DNA of 63,993 nucleotides, filler included, from Perkinsus olseni (Eukaryota): NCBI GenBank assembly GCA_013115125.1. It is 9 parts of 9 records of this genome, joined end to end, with 100 filler letters (N's around TTAATTAATTAA, not from the genome) between each part and the next. Parts side by side here need not be neighbours in the genome. Positions count along the whole stretch, not along the records: positions 7,424 to 14,725 come from JABANN010001033.1; positions 14,826 to 22,119 come from JABANN010001034.1; positions 22,220 to 29,500 come from JABANN010001035.1; 6 more parts are not named here. One strand, 5' to 3'. Shown piece by piece: positions 10,403 to 22,509 of this stretch (position 1 is its first letter; each line of letters starts with the position of its first letter). The notes under the pieces were generated by a model. It saw only the letters and a program-made list of their open reading frames with translations, ran no database searches and was not told where the DNA came from. The position numbers and the translations under genes were made by a program.

Positions 10403-13400
10403 ATGGCCTCTTCGACAAATACACCGCAGTCACTGCAAGCTGATCTCCTGCTCCCTGGCTCTCCACCGGGTTGGGCTGTCCCTGACTTCATACGAGATGA
10501 CTCGACTCAGAACAACAGCAGTCTCATGGCCTCGACGGTGAGCTGGGCATCTCGGGCATCGTAGAACCGTTGCTCTCTCGTTGTTGCAGGGCTTGGCAGG
10601 AGTGGCGCCGCAGGTGGTTTCGCATGGGGGGGCGGATAACAGTTGGGAAGGTTCAAGCAGGCCCGGCATGAACGTAAGTTGCGGGAGTGCTCGCGTCCTT
10701 CCGATGAACGCGTCTTGGCACGCGCCCCATCATAACGTCGAGATGGGTTCTCCTCTTCTCGTTGACGAGCTGCGTACTAGAAAAACCGATCTGTACCGGG
10801 TGGAGATCCTTTTCCTCCTTCGTTTGCTGCTCTCCTCAGGTTGCGATGGAAACTCTGTTGCAGCAGGCAGCACTGTTGGCTTCGGCAGGAGGGAATGCCG
10901 CCTCCGCCGCCGCCGGTGGCAACTCATCCCAGCAACAGGCCATGTGGGCGCTGCTACTGAGGTTGGCCCGTGGGACTTGTGATTCTGTAGAATGTATCGG
11001 GCTGTTCTCAGCTCGGCTGCGCTACAGATGCAGTTGGTTGCTTCGTCTGGTGGCCTCGGTCAGGGCCAGAGCAGTCCGTCCGTTGTGGCTTCCGCCCAGC
11101 ACCGCCTCTCTCCACCGCCTCCTCCTCCGTAGGTCTATGGGAGAAGTGGATTTGTTGTTATCCCACTGTCCTCCGCTTTGATGATTCAGGGCGTTCCCTC
11201 CTCCTGGTCTCCTCCCGACCGAAGGCAAGGTAGGGGTCGACTCAGAAGGCAGCCCGGCGGAGGTATGGAGAGAAGCATCATCCAAGGATGAGGAGGAGAA
11301 CACGTGGGGTAAGGCAAGGTCGGAGAGTGCTGTGTATCAGCTCTGCCTGGTGTAGTCATCGTTGGCGTGGAATTTTTATCGTCATCGAAGTATCGCAGTG
11401 CGTCCGGCTGAGAGCTCCTCATGAAGGGTGGGCAGGATCCTCTCCAGGCTTGTCCCTGTGAGCTTGGAATCGTCTTCGCTCAACTGAGCTCGCCAAGGCA
11501 GGAGTGATTTTTTTGGGGCTCATGCCTTGAAGGCTTCGTAGCGACTCTTGGTTCGTGTGGCTGCTGTTATTGTGATCTCGCTGTAGGCGTAAGCCAAAGC
11601 CCGGTATCCGAGGTTGAAGAGAAGATGGCGCAGATTCGCGTGGCCTCTGACCGTGACAACGCCGAGGCGTCATCGATCATAAAGGAATGTGGTAGGAGAG
11701 GAGATGTGAGGATCTGCTGGAAGGTGAGCTCGATCGTCGATTCGTCACTCGCCGCGAAATTGGTGAAGCGTTGCAGGTCTGGAACCACTTAATAACGACA
11801 GGCCAGTGTCTGTCGAATTGGCGTGGTCGGGGAGGGGAAGGGAGGAGTAAAACTTCAATGAATGTGGGGCGCGGGTTCGAATCTCGGCGGGGGTATTTTC
11901 TCTGTTTTAGACATCGTCACCGGGCTCGTCACCAAGCTCCTCGCCAGCGATGCGATCGGGCTCGATTTTTCGCCCTAATGAAATTACTCTCGGTTGCATG
12001 ACGGATGCTTTGGTCAGCAACAGATTGGTTGAGGAGGCAGAGCAGCTGGTCGGCGAATGGAAAGAACTGGTAGTCTCTCCTTCCCTGGTTCGATCCCGGG
12101 CAAGGACAATATTCTGTCAGGTTCCACCGAACACTGTCATTTATAGTACGCTCATTCACGGATGGGCTAAACAGGTAGGTAGTCCTTCTAGCAGAGCTGA
12201 TCGGATCTCCTTTCCCTTCAGAATGATGCCAACAGAGCTCGCAGCATTTTTGCTCTTATGAGGGACGAAAATGTCTTGTGCAATGCAGTCACGTAAGCCA
12301 CTACGTTCCGGATCGAGCGCGTCTTAACCGTCCACTCAATCAACTTGTCCGGAAATGGCGTGATACTGCGCGTAGTCTACGGCTTGGTCGGGAGTCGTGA
12401 GAATAGTTCCCTTCTGACGACGTAAGACAGTTGTGTGCTCAGTTTCAACTGCCTCATCCACGCCTGTGTTCGCGTCGGCGACATGCAAGGCGCCTTAGAG
12501 CTCCTCGACGCTATGAAGCAACAGGCAGCGAATGGTGAGACACAACAACGTGTTGTGGTGTTAGTTTACGCGGTGCTGCTGCTGCTGCCTTGGTTAGCTG
12601 GCGTGATGAGTTCGGATGGTGGTCAAGGAGCGGAGAATGCCGAAAACGCCACTGGTGGCGGTGCCGGGGGTCTGTTGGTGCCGCTGCCGGATAAGTTCAC
12701 TTACAGTACCATTATTAAAGGATACTGTGCGAGAGGGGAAATGGAGCAATCATTGCAGATGTTTGACAGTAATAATATTTCTAGCGCTCGCCCTGGTGAT
12801 CGATTGTTGTATCATACCTTGGTCAGCTATGCTCAGTGATGGTCTACAGCCTGATTTGGTTATTTATAATACGCTGCTTGACGGATGTGTTAAACGCAGG
12901 TAACACAGTTTCTTGTGGATGCCGTCCTGCCGCCGCTGAGCTGGATGTTTAGCCAGTCAGCCGTGTTAATAACGGCAAAGTCTTAACTGTGGAACTACGC
13001 GTTCGGCTCTCCTAGGTGGTCGATGTTCCTTTAGAGTGCCTGTCGCATAACCGTGCGTTCTTCTAGTGATGTTCCGGATAGATATCATGGGACGTGCGAG
13101 AGGCTTCTGGACGACATGACCAACTACTGGAAAATTCAACCCAACAGCTACACTCTGTCTATTCTCATCAAACACTACGGCCGCCAGGTGAGTCTTGTTG
13201 CGTAGCGAGGAGGGTTCTGCCAGTTATTTCTTTTCCAGGGGGATCTGGATCGGGCTTTTAGATTGGTTGAGGAGTTGCCTGCCAAGTGAGGCCTCGCCCA
13301 AGCTCAAGCGTGCCTGCAGTCCTCGGTTCTCTCAGGCACGGTTTCGAGGCGAATGCGCATGTCTGGACCTGCCTTATTTCGGCCTGTATCACACACGGAG

Positions 13401-13889
13401 AGATGGAAACTGCGCAGGCGGTGAGAGGCATCGACGGACTGAGGATGCGGTGACGCAGCGTGGCAGATATTCGACGTGATGCGAAAAGTCAAGTCTTCGA
13501 GGAGACAGGAGACTGATGGTATGTGGTTTGGTCGTCACCCTTTGCGATCATTTTGTAGCAGGCTCGACAGCTGGAGGCTTCGATGCAGTTAATACGTCGC
13601 TCGCGACCCCCACCATTCTCCGTATGGCGGCGAAGTGCGCGCCGGACGCTAAGGCGTAGGTGTCATGTGCCTGTCTTGTGTGATCTGTGGTGAAGGTATG
13701 AAACGCAAATCCACGGCTGGATGAAGTACAACAGGCAGGATAGGGTGAAGGAACTCACCGAAGACCTGGTGCGACCCCTGCTGGTGCATCAGATTGAAGG
13801 GACGAGTGGTTGTTGTTCAGGAGCGCAAGTTCGGTATGCCCATGTATTCCCGTAGCCATCACCACCGAGGGTCATCCCGACGTGGCTAA
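10403..13889 (+). CDS. Pentatricopeptide repeat (PPR) protein, multi-exon
   Basis: PPR motifs PNEITLGCMTDALV, PNTVIYSTLIHGWAK, FNCLIHACVRVGDMQGALELL, PDKFTYSTIIKGYCARGEMEQS, PDLVIYNTLLDGCVK; 5' end approximate. Confidence 0.85.
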
Positions 13890-14725
13890 TTCGAAATACC
13901 TTTATTGTAAGATTCAGTTGGTATTAGGGTTTCGCAAGATGGTACAAGATTGCAAGATATGCTCAGCTCTGCTCAGGTTATGTCGTTTGATTCGTGGCGT
14001 TGGTGGCAGCGAAATGTAGACTCATCGGTGCCGAAGCATCCCTGAGGAGCTCGAGACCACCATCATCACTACCACCACTAGAACTAGCAGTAGACGGCAC
14101 TATCGTCATCATCCTAGTATTCTTTCTGAAAGTATTACGCATAACAGTGGCCGGGAAACCCCTCGCTGTCGTCGATCATGATTTGGTCGTAATTAGTAAT
14201 CATTATTATTCTCATAACTACTTTGCATGGTAGTTCGTTTTTATTTTCATAACTACTACAACAACAACTCATTTGAAGCACAATCGTCAGTGTTGAAGTA
14301 TTGTAGCTCTCGTGCGATGCCCTCGATGACGGCCTTCCCCTGATGATGACTATTTTGGTTGAATCACCGCCGTATAAAAGTGTATCCCTTCTGGGACGGA
14401 AAAAGCTGAAGAGTTGTTAGTAGTCACTCCTATTTCGACACTAGTTATACGTGAAGCCGTTGCTAAGCATGGTTAGCTTGCTGCTTAAAACTTCCGTTTT
14501 TCTTGCGTTGTAGTGCACCCAGATGGCGTCTGCGGTCTCAGTTGGTGGATGATCGCGCGATGCTCTTCGGGTTCGCAAGAAAACACGTGGCCCATGAAAC
14601 ATGAAGCTTCATCAACCCCGACCTGCAGTGGAAAGACTTGTACTCAGGCATGCAGTACAGTTCATTGCCTTCGCGTGCCAAACCTCGACTCGAACACAAG
14701 ACACCACAGGATTGGGCTATCATCT

Positions 14726-14825
14726 NNNNNNNNNNNNNNNNNNNNNNNNNNNNNNNNNNNNNNNNNNNNTTAATTAATTAANNNNNNNNNNNNNNNNNNN
14801 NNNNNNNNNNNNNNNNNNNNNNNNN
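14726..14825. other. Artificial contig linker
   Basis: N/TTAATTAATTAA/N. Confidence 0.99.
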
Positions 14826-15310
14826 TCGCGTCTGCTTCGTATGCCAAACTCTCAACTTGAATCGAAATCGATCACTGGTCACTGCTGCGCCCCAATGTTA
14901 CATTGGGGATCAGTGCTCCTCATACATTGGCAATGTATGAGGAGCACTGATCAATTCGTGGGGCGCATCAGCTACCGGAGGTTGGTGTGCGCCCGTAAAG
15001 AGATCATAGCTCGTAGGACCATATGGATCATGCAGAAGGACCATGCAGAAGGCCCCGAGTTCAAACCTCGGCACGTCCATGACCTACAGCAACTAAAGTA
15101 TGTTGTTGAGTAGTTTCCCCGGAGAAGACAAAGGGCCTTACCTTCAGCGGGCGTCCTCGAGTTCAGTTCTCGGCAAGTCCATGACCTACACCAAGTAGAT
15201 TATGTTGTTACTCTACCGTTGTCTTTTTCCTACCCAACCCGGGGAAGACTCTCACTCTCCTCGTTAAGTGGAGGGAAGTGTCGAAATCGATCACTGGTCG
15301 CTGCTTCGCC

Positions 15311-15382
15311 GGGCGTGTGGTGTAAAGGTATCACATCTGCTTTGCATGCAGAAGGCCCCGAGCTCAGTTCTCGGCAAGTCCA
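15311..15382 (+). tRNA. tRNA-Ala(TGC), likely pseudogene
   Basis: 72-nt cloverleaf, anticodon stem TCTGC/GCAGA with TGC, G3:U70; T-loop altered (CTCAGTT) and one acceptor-stem mismatch. Confidence 0.7.
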
Positions 15383-15452
15383 TGATTTGCAGCCAATTGC
15401 AATATGTTATTGAGTAGTTTCCCCGGGGACGACAAAGGACCTCACCTTCAGG

Positions 15453-15538
15453 GGGCGTGTGGTGTAGAAGTATCACGTCTCAGACGTGACGTCTGCTTCG
15501 CATGCAGAAGGCCCTGAGTTCAATTCTCGGCACGTCCA
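15453..15538 (+). pseudogene. tRNA-Ala(CGC) interrupted by a +14-nt excision footprint
   Basis: Acceptor GGGCGTG/CACGTCC and T-loop TTCAATT intact; CACGTCT CAGACGTG ACGTCTG at 15474-15495. Confidence 0.75.
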
Positions 15539-15607
15539 TGATGCACAACAACTACAATGTGTTAATGAGTAGTTTCCCGGGAGACGAGAAAGGACCTTAC
15601 TTCCGTC

Positions 15608-15678
15608 AGGCGTGTGGTGCAGCGGTATCACGTCTGCTTTGCATGCCGAAGCTTCCGCGTTCAGTTATGGCACGTCCG
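15608..15678 (+). pseudogene. Degenerate tRNA-Ala(TGC) copy
   Basis: Alignable with the upstream copies; stems disrupted. Confidence 0.6.
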
Positions 15679-16075
15679 CCGTCTGAAATACAAGAACACT
15701 AACCCGCGAAACCCCATACGATCATAGGAACTTAGTCGCTGATTCTACGAAGAACGATGGTCATTGGGGTTCCAGCTCAAAACAGCAAAGAGTGGCCCAC
15801 CTTCCTTCAAGGCTTGCTCAAGTCTAGTCCTGAGATTCACTACCAATAACACTATGTACCCCTTCGAGCTCACTGTCGACTTTAGCATGCGTACCCCGTA
15901 CAAGGAACTGCTCGTGTCTCGCTCCGACGCTGTGAGAACTACTCGAGGGGAAGCTACTTCATAGAAAAGCTCATCGTACCGTAGTTAGTGTGATTCCGTC
16001 CAGAGTGAAACCTCCCATCTCTTCTCCCCATTTAGAACGCAAAGAATAGCGGGCGTTAGAAAAGGGTTACAGTGC

Positions 16076-16699
16076 TTAACTCTCCTTTCTCTCTCGAATT
16101 GGGTCATTCCATTGACTCACATCACTCAATGCAAGCGCCTGTGGAATGATCGACAGATACACCATCCCAATCTTGCGAAAGTATGTGCCGAAAGTCTCCT
16201 CAGAACCTACGAGACGGGGAGTCAATACTCACCGGAGAGTGTACACTGGGCATCACATTCTCTACTCGGCCAACCCCATGCCCCTCCCTAGATGTCCTAC
16301 CTTCAACTGCCGCCCTGGCCTTAAGCAAAGGCAGCAACACTAAAGCGTCCAGGAGTAAATTGATCCCGATGAAGCAGCCAGAAAGGAACAGAGCCCTCGT
16401 ATATGGTAGAGGACGGGCTCTTGGACACACCCGCAATAGACATCTCGAACCACAGGTTACTCCAATGATAACCTGGCAGACTCTTTAGAAACAGACAAAG
16501 ATTCCTCGTTCCTCGGTCTTACCATACAGTTCTTGAATGTATACTCCTCCACTTGAAGCTCACCCTTATCATTGAAGAATGGGATTGACGCGACGAATGG
16601 CAGCAACCACGAGATGAAACTCCAGTAAAGTATCCTCCCTATCCCGGGCTGGGTGTATGCTGGCAAGGTCTTGGTCTGGGTCGGATCTTCTTCTGTCAT
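16076..16699 (-). CDS. Small ~4-TM membrane protein resembling an uncharacterised prokaryotic family, spliced
   Basis: ILYWSFISWLLPFVASIPFFNDKGELQVEEYTFKNCM ... GINLLLDALVLLPL ... YFRKIGMVYLSIIP. Confidence 0.6.
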
Positions 16700-17029
16700 G
16701 TGTTAGCACTACTACTAATTCTAGAACACAGATCTCATCGCCTACGGGATATCCGAGCTAGAGCATTGCGGAAGGCAGACCGACTGAGACTGAGGCACGT
16801 TAGTACAGCGCGGCCGCAGCCTGAGAACTTCCGAGCCGGAGCGATTAACTGACTCCACGCAACACCCCGCCTATGAAAGTAAAGGCTAGCTGCCGGGACA
16901 TCGTGAGGGCGATAGGAAAGGTGAGGACACCAAACGACCCAAGCGTACAGATACTATAGTTGAAGTTAGAAACATCAGGTGTCCAGACCACCTCCCTCCT
17001 ACGAATGTCCATTAGTTCGATCCACAAGT

Positions 17030-18725
17030 TCACTCTCCACTTTTCACAGGAACAGCAACAAGTATGCTAGACTGGGGCCTCTTCTTGAGAATCTCGACCG
17101 CTGCTTCTTCACCGGACTTCACGGCCGCCTCAATACCCGCCCCAGTGAAGGCTGCACCAATGAGGTGGACGTGCTGGTCCACGACAGACTCTTTCAACTG
17201 CTCGACTGCAGCACGATACTCATCATTGAAGACCGGCAGAGCAGAGTCCCATCTGGAGACATAAGATGATAAGACCTCCTGCTCCGTGAATGAGCATATC
17301 TTCATCAATGACTCAGAAGCTAGTTTAGACCACTCTTCATCTGACCACTCTCTGAGGGGCTCAGCACGAGGCCTGTAATAGCAACGGAACAGCGCCGTCC
17401 CTGCTGGTGATCTACCAGGAAACTTCTCATTCACCAGAGCCACAGCACGCAAACCGTGAAGGTCGTCCTGCATCTCGGCAGGAACCGAGAAGCTGTGCCA
17501 ATGATCACTAGCTTGGCCGACCATCCGCACTAGACAGTAGACGGATACGTGACTCATAAGGCCAGTACTGTTGGACTCCCTTCCCAACATAGCACAGGCT
17601 TCCTTCTCTGGTGTGGCAATAACAACCTCGTCGACTATGAGCTTCTCACCACCAGCCAGCGTCAACATAGTATTCGACTGGTTAGCATCACGCTCGAGTG
17701 AGGCGACCTCATCGTTAAGGAAAACGGTGCAAAGAGGTGATTCCTTCAGACAGGAGTGCATTGAGTCAACGAGCTCTCCCATGCCCTCACGGAAGCTCGC
17801 AATACCTAAAACCGTACCAACATCAGCAAGAGAGGTAGTTTGAAGAATTTGCACCTCTGCCAAAATCCTCCTTCTTAACCTGGAAACCTAGCTTTCGAGC
17901 AGCTTCGCCTCTGTCCAATTGGATGAGTGTATCTGAACACCAAGAAGACGATGACTTCATCTACAGACGATCCACAGACCCCAAAACGCAGATGAAAAGG
18001 GAGCAACGAGGCGGGTCCGAGGTCAAACTGACGTCGATCAGCCTAACGAGGAATCCCATACAAACAACAGGGCAATTACAGCTACATCATTCTCTTCTGG
18101 CCTAGATTATCCTGAAAGACTTCACGCAGGGATGCCGTATGATTTACTCCAATATTGATATCACAGTTCGGTATAGAGAGGTAGGCGTCTAGCACAGATA
18201 TCCTAAAGCTCCTCGCAACCAATGGGCGGCATCGGATACCCATTGCACATCCATGATCATTATTACAGTTTTCCTCGATCTCATAGTTCTCGACTGGCTC
18301 TTGCGGCAGCATATCCTCTTCAATACCGAGGGCATTAGCAATTTTAGGCACCGCTACTGCTCGACGAACGAACCCTTCGCCACCAGCCTCCCAGATCACC
18401 TACACCGACTTTCCAAGCCTCCGAATCGAAGCCGCGAAGAGAACCCAAAGCATTTCCCGGCTCAATGAAGGAGTAGTTCGAAGGAGACATCGGTATTTAC
18501 AGTCCCGCCGCCGCCGCCGATGCCTACCCCGTTGTCTTCATATCGAGTCCAGCACTGGCCTCCGACTCTATCCTCCTTCTCGATCAGAGTAACTCTCACT
18601 CCGTTCATAGTCAAGTAGGTGGCGCATGCAAGCCCAGCGAGGCCGGCACCAATAACGGCGACATGGGGTGAGTGGGCTACATCTTCGTTGGGTCGGTTGT
18701 CGGGAACACAGTCGGAAGAGGGCAT
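17030..18725 (-). CDS. hemY: Protoporphyrinogen oxidase (HemY/PPO-like FAD oxidoreductase), spliced
   Basis: VAVIGAGLAGLACA...EKEDRVGG Rossmann motif; EAGGEGF; SFREGMGELVD; KFPGRSPAG; SRWDSALP; GAAFTGAGIEAAVKSG. Confidence 0.8.
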
Positions 18726-18983
18726 TGCACAGGATATCAGGCGAAAGAATCAAACCTGATCGCATGCAATGCAACTCGGCCTCTGCTGGTCACTCTACTG
18801 GCGATGCTCGAAATCCTTGAGAAACTAAGGTGCTCCAACACGACAAGGAAGAGTAAAGGGAAACACGCACGGAAGGAACGGGAACAATCAAAATGAAATA
18901 TTCTCCTGAGGCGGTCGGACCTGAAGAGGTGCTGATGGTGGGCCACCGCGAAATCAGTCAGCAGCACTTCCACAATATGTAGA

Positions 18984-21983
18984 TCATGATGCACCCGAAG
19001 ACGTCCGACATACCTGGACAACAGCGTTAGGCCAGCGAGTCTGTATGACTTTTTGTAGTGACTCATTGCTGTCCGCAGCAGCGTACCGTTCTTCAATGTT
19101 GGAGGTGATCACCTGACAGCCGTTGCAATGATGATCGCTACATACCATAGTCAACAAAAGTGTGAAATTCACGGTAGGCTCAGTAAGGCAGAGGCTGTTG
19201 CGGTGTGCACTCTAAGCGGAGTGGCCTGCACGAGGCAATCCATGGGAGCTGATCTGACCTTAATTTCTCGCAGGCTTGGGCCACCAGGCTTCTGGCCGTC
19301 GTAGAGACACCTGGAGCCGAGGGACCTCATAATGGATGCCACTAGCCTGAGCAGCGTACATAGTGTAAGCCGAGGGTCTACGGGAGTCGGAATCCACTTC
19401 AGCCATTCTCGCCTCACCGAATAAGGCCTTGCAGAAGGTACTTTGGAATGAGTCAAACAATACCTAGCATGAGTGTTCAGTCAACAGCACTAAAGCCCGC
19501 TCTCAACACTCACAATAGACCCATCCAGTGCCGACTCTTTCACAACAGCCACCATCTGTGCCCGAGAGCTGCCCGGGGGTATCTAGGAGTGGCCTGTCGA
19601 ACTCTGTATCGCTGGGTCGGTCCAACGTACAAGGTCATCCGGAATGTCATCAAGGATCATCTTATCCGCCTGCTCCACTGTAGCAATGCCTGCAACGGTG
19701 CCTAGGAACGAACCATAAATGCGAATACAATAGAAGCACTTACAGTTAGCATCGAAGATGTCCTTCAGTTTGTCTCTCGCCACACTGATCGGATTCCGCT
19801 TTACACAGTGGAGGTTACGTGAGAAGAGCAGAGTGTAATGATTGGGTGATCCAATCACCCACAAAGGCAGCTCAGGGTTCTTGTAACGGCTCCCAACTGT
19901 CACATATCTGAGCGAAACTCGCCAAGTACATACCAGTGCGCTCAAATCCGAGGGACTTCACAATGTCCTGCGGTTGCAACTGGCGGTTGAGCACGGCACA
20001 CGAAGGAAGGATGGAAGCGATGAAGCCGTAATATATTACCTGAGGGCCTCCAGCTCAGTGATATAGCCAACGACTATCGGTATATCAGCAGGGACCTATA
20101 GCAGGAACGGAACCTGGGAGCTAGTGCAGAGCTAGTATTAACACGGGACGACAACGTTGTGTCACTGTGTGATGATGATGATGATGAGCATACTGGTGAG
20201 GGCAAACGGACCCCAGCCTACACCACGTAACATCATCCCACCACCAAGGGACTCTTGGCCATCAAAAACATTGGAGACACATCGACCAAGGAGGCAGAGA
20301 TTGACTAACTCCTGTGAGCAATGGCCGAACATTCCCACCAAGACGTTACCTGACAGTGGCGGCTACCCTCTACCCCTAGACTTGAACCCTACCTGGATCA
20401 TCCATATCAGAGCGACACATCTCCGGGCCACCCCGAGTGAGTAGGAGTGACACGAGCTGAGTATGAGTAGGTAGTTACGTGATGGCGCCCCTCGAGTATA
20501 GCCTGTATTACGAAGGATACGATGGCCGTTTGGGAGTCCAGCAGCGGCCCAGTATATTGTATCAGCAGTTTCTGGTACTCTGCGATGTCCTGCACACTTC
20601 TCCTCCACATTGTGGGTGCCCCCTTGCAGTCGTCCTTCGATGCTGCCACAAGAGCACATACGTAGCCATCAGTCTCCTCGGTCTGATTCTTGCATCGTAT
20701 CCTGCCAACCGACAAGCTGTAGCAGTAGCAGCCGCTCAGCTCTCCATCTCCGGTGGTAGTGAAGAGTACCTACTATTTGCTCTTACATCATCGTTGCCAT
20801 TGAATCGATCAGAGCGGCCGTTCGAGCCTCCGCCGTGACCGTCCCGAGATCTTCCCGAGGTCCACTCTCCTTCTCCGGAAATCTACACGGGACGTCGCAC
20901 ACTTCCACGAGTGTCACCCAGCCAAATCATCTGTTACTTACATAAGGTAGCGCAGTACGAACCCGCCCAGAGCTGCTAAGACTCCACAGGGTCCTCCGCC
21001 GTGCTGCACTAGAAATGGCAGAGTCTCTTGGCTCTCACCATTCTCAACTTGCCACCACTAAGACATCAAGATAAAGATGAATGAAGAGTAACCCACACTA
21101 ACCGCAGTACTGAGGTGAGAGGTTGGTGCATCCAGCGTTCGATATCACCAGGGGCACAGCCTTCACTGGGAACTGGGCCAGGTCCGAATAGTACATCCCA
21201 TATCTGAGTAGAACAGTTGATCGAACAGTTGCATGAAGGATCCACTCGAAGCTAGGCTGTGTCCGCCATGTCTACAGACTTGATGGCGAGGCAGTTGCTA
21301 CCCGAGAGCGGTAAATGCGCAGGTGATCTCAGGTATGATGAAAAGAGCGACTACCGGATATAAGACATCCAGGATAGCCTACTCCCCCAGCGACTAGAGA
21401 GACTACACGAACTTCTATCGCATACGCCTGCAGAGTTCTGACGTTATACGATGAGCCTCCTATCTTCCCAGAGACGCACCTGGTTGGCTAGATCAGTTGG
21501 CATTTCCGAGAACTGCATCTCTTCAGGATCGAACCGGAGACCTTCCGAATCGGATACCAAGCTGTTTGACCGCAGTCGCTTGCACCCTGGGCTCTTTATC
21601 CACGAGTCATCCTCCCCTTCACCGGCCTTCTCAAGCGCTGAGTGGGTTGAGAAGACTAGCATGATCACCTTGAATAGAGCCGACAGGAGTTACCCATCAG
21701 AAGGTCGCAGGTTGGAGTAATCCCTGCTCGGTACAGTTGCGCTTTGGCTTCTGCGTACTCTTCAGCAGTCGGGTATCTCTCCTCCACATCAGGCTGTGCC
21801 AATGGCTCCTGGAAGGCATTGTTGATGCAGTATAGCGAGCCATGATTTTACCGTTTCCTTTCGCGGCCCAGCTCCATTACCCATACTAAGCCGCAGAGTC
21901 TCCTGTAAGCCAGCGTCTTCGGCATCTACAAACGGGTGCCTTCGGAGTCTACCCGGAGGTGGCCACGAGTTCATGATGATCAT
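18984..21983 (-). CDS. MINDY-3/4 (FAM188/DUF4205) deubiquitinase, multi-exon
   Basis: Catalytic GGPCGVLAAL (~20970-21000), GHCSQELVNLCLLGRCVSNVFDG, GYITELEAL, VGSRYKNPELPLWVIGSPNHYTLLF, C-terminal IQTRWP. Confidence 0.85.
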
Positions 21984-22119
21984 GCAACGATGATGGAAAC
22001 GGACGAAAGTTCACCATCAAATTCGCGGAAAAGACTACAGCAGGTTCTGAGGAGTACCGTTTAGGTACGGAAGGTGAAATAGCAGCGCACAGGAGATGAT
22101 GTTGTCGTTTCGGGCGAGC

Positions 22120-22219
22120 NNNNNNNNNNNNNNNNNNNNNNNNNNNNNNNNNNNNNNNNNNNNTTAATTAATTAANNNNNNNNNNNNNNNNNNNNNNNNN
22201 NNNNNNNNNNNNNNNNNNN
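22120..22219. other. Artificial contig linker
   Basis: N/TTAATTAATTAA/N. Confidence 0.99.
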
Positions 22220-22509
22220 ACACATTTCGCAAATCAGCCGCAGTTCACATCGCTGTCGCAGACGCAGTCCTTGTCGCACCCTGAATAGCATAGCAAAACA
22301 CCTTGGTAGCATCCAACTTGGATCATCCAAGGGCACAAGAAAACTTGCACATGATACGAGGCGCATTGGCCCACTGCCATTGGCTATTGACCGATAAACT
22401 ACCGGGATAACAGGACCGCACGACGCATAAACTGCGTCGTGCGCCCCAGGCATTGTCCGGAGTGTAACGAGATGAGTTGAGGCTGTATCGAGCGAGACTG
22501 CCGGCATCT

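Larger units (their letters stand above)
15040..15678 (+). repeat. Degenerate tandem array of tRNA-Ala plus spacer units (~140-155 bp)
   Basis: Recurring tRNA 3' halves (...CTCGGCACGTCCA) each followed by spacer TGAC/T...TGAGTAGTTTCCC.GG.GA.GACAAAGG.CCTTACCTTCA. Confidence 0.8.

Noticed and set aside
13850-13860. CCGTAGCCATC match to the Perkinsus/dinoflagellate spliced leader
   Set aside because: Only 11 nt, lacks TTGGCTCAAG, and lies within the last PPR exon
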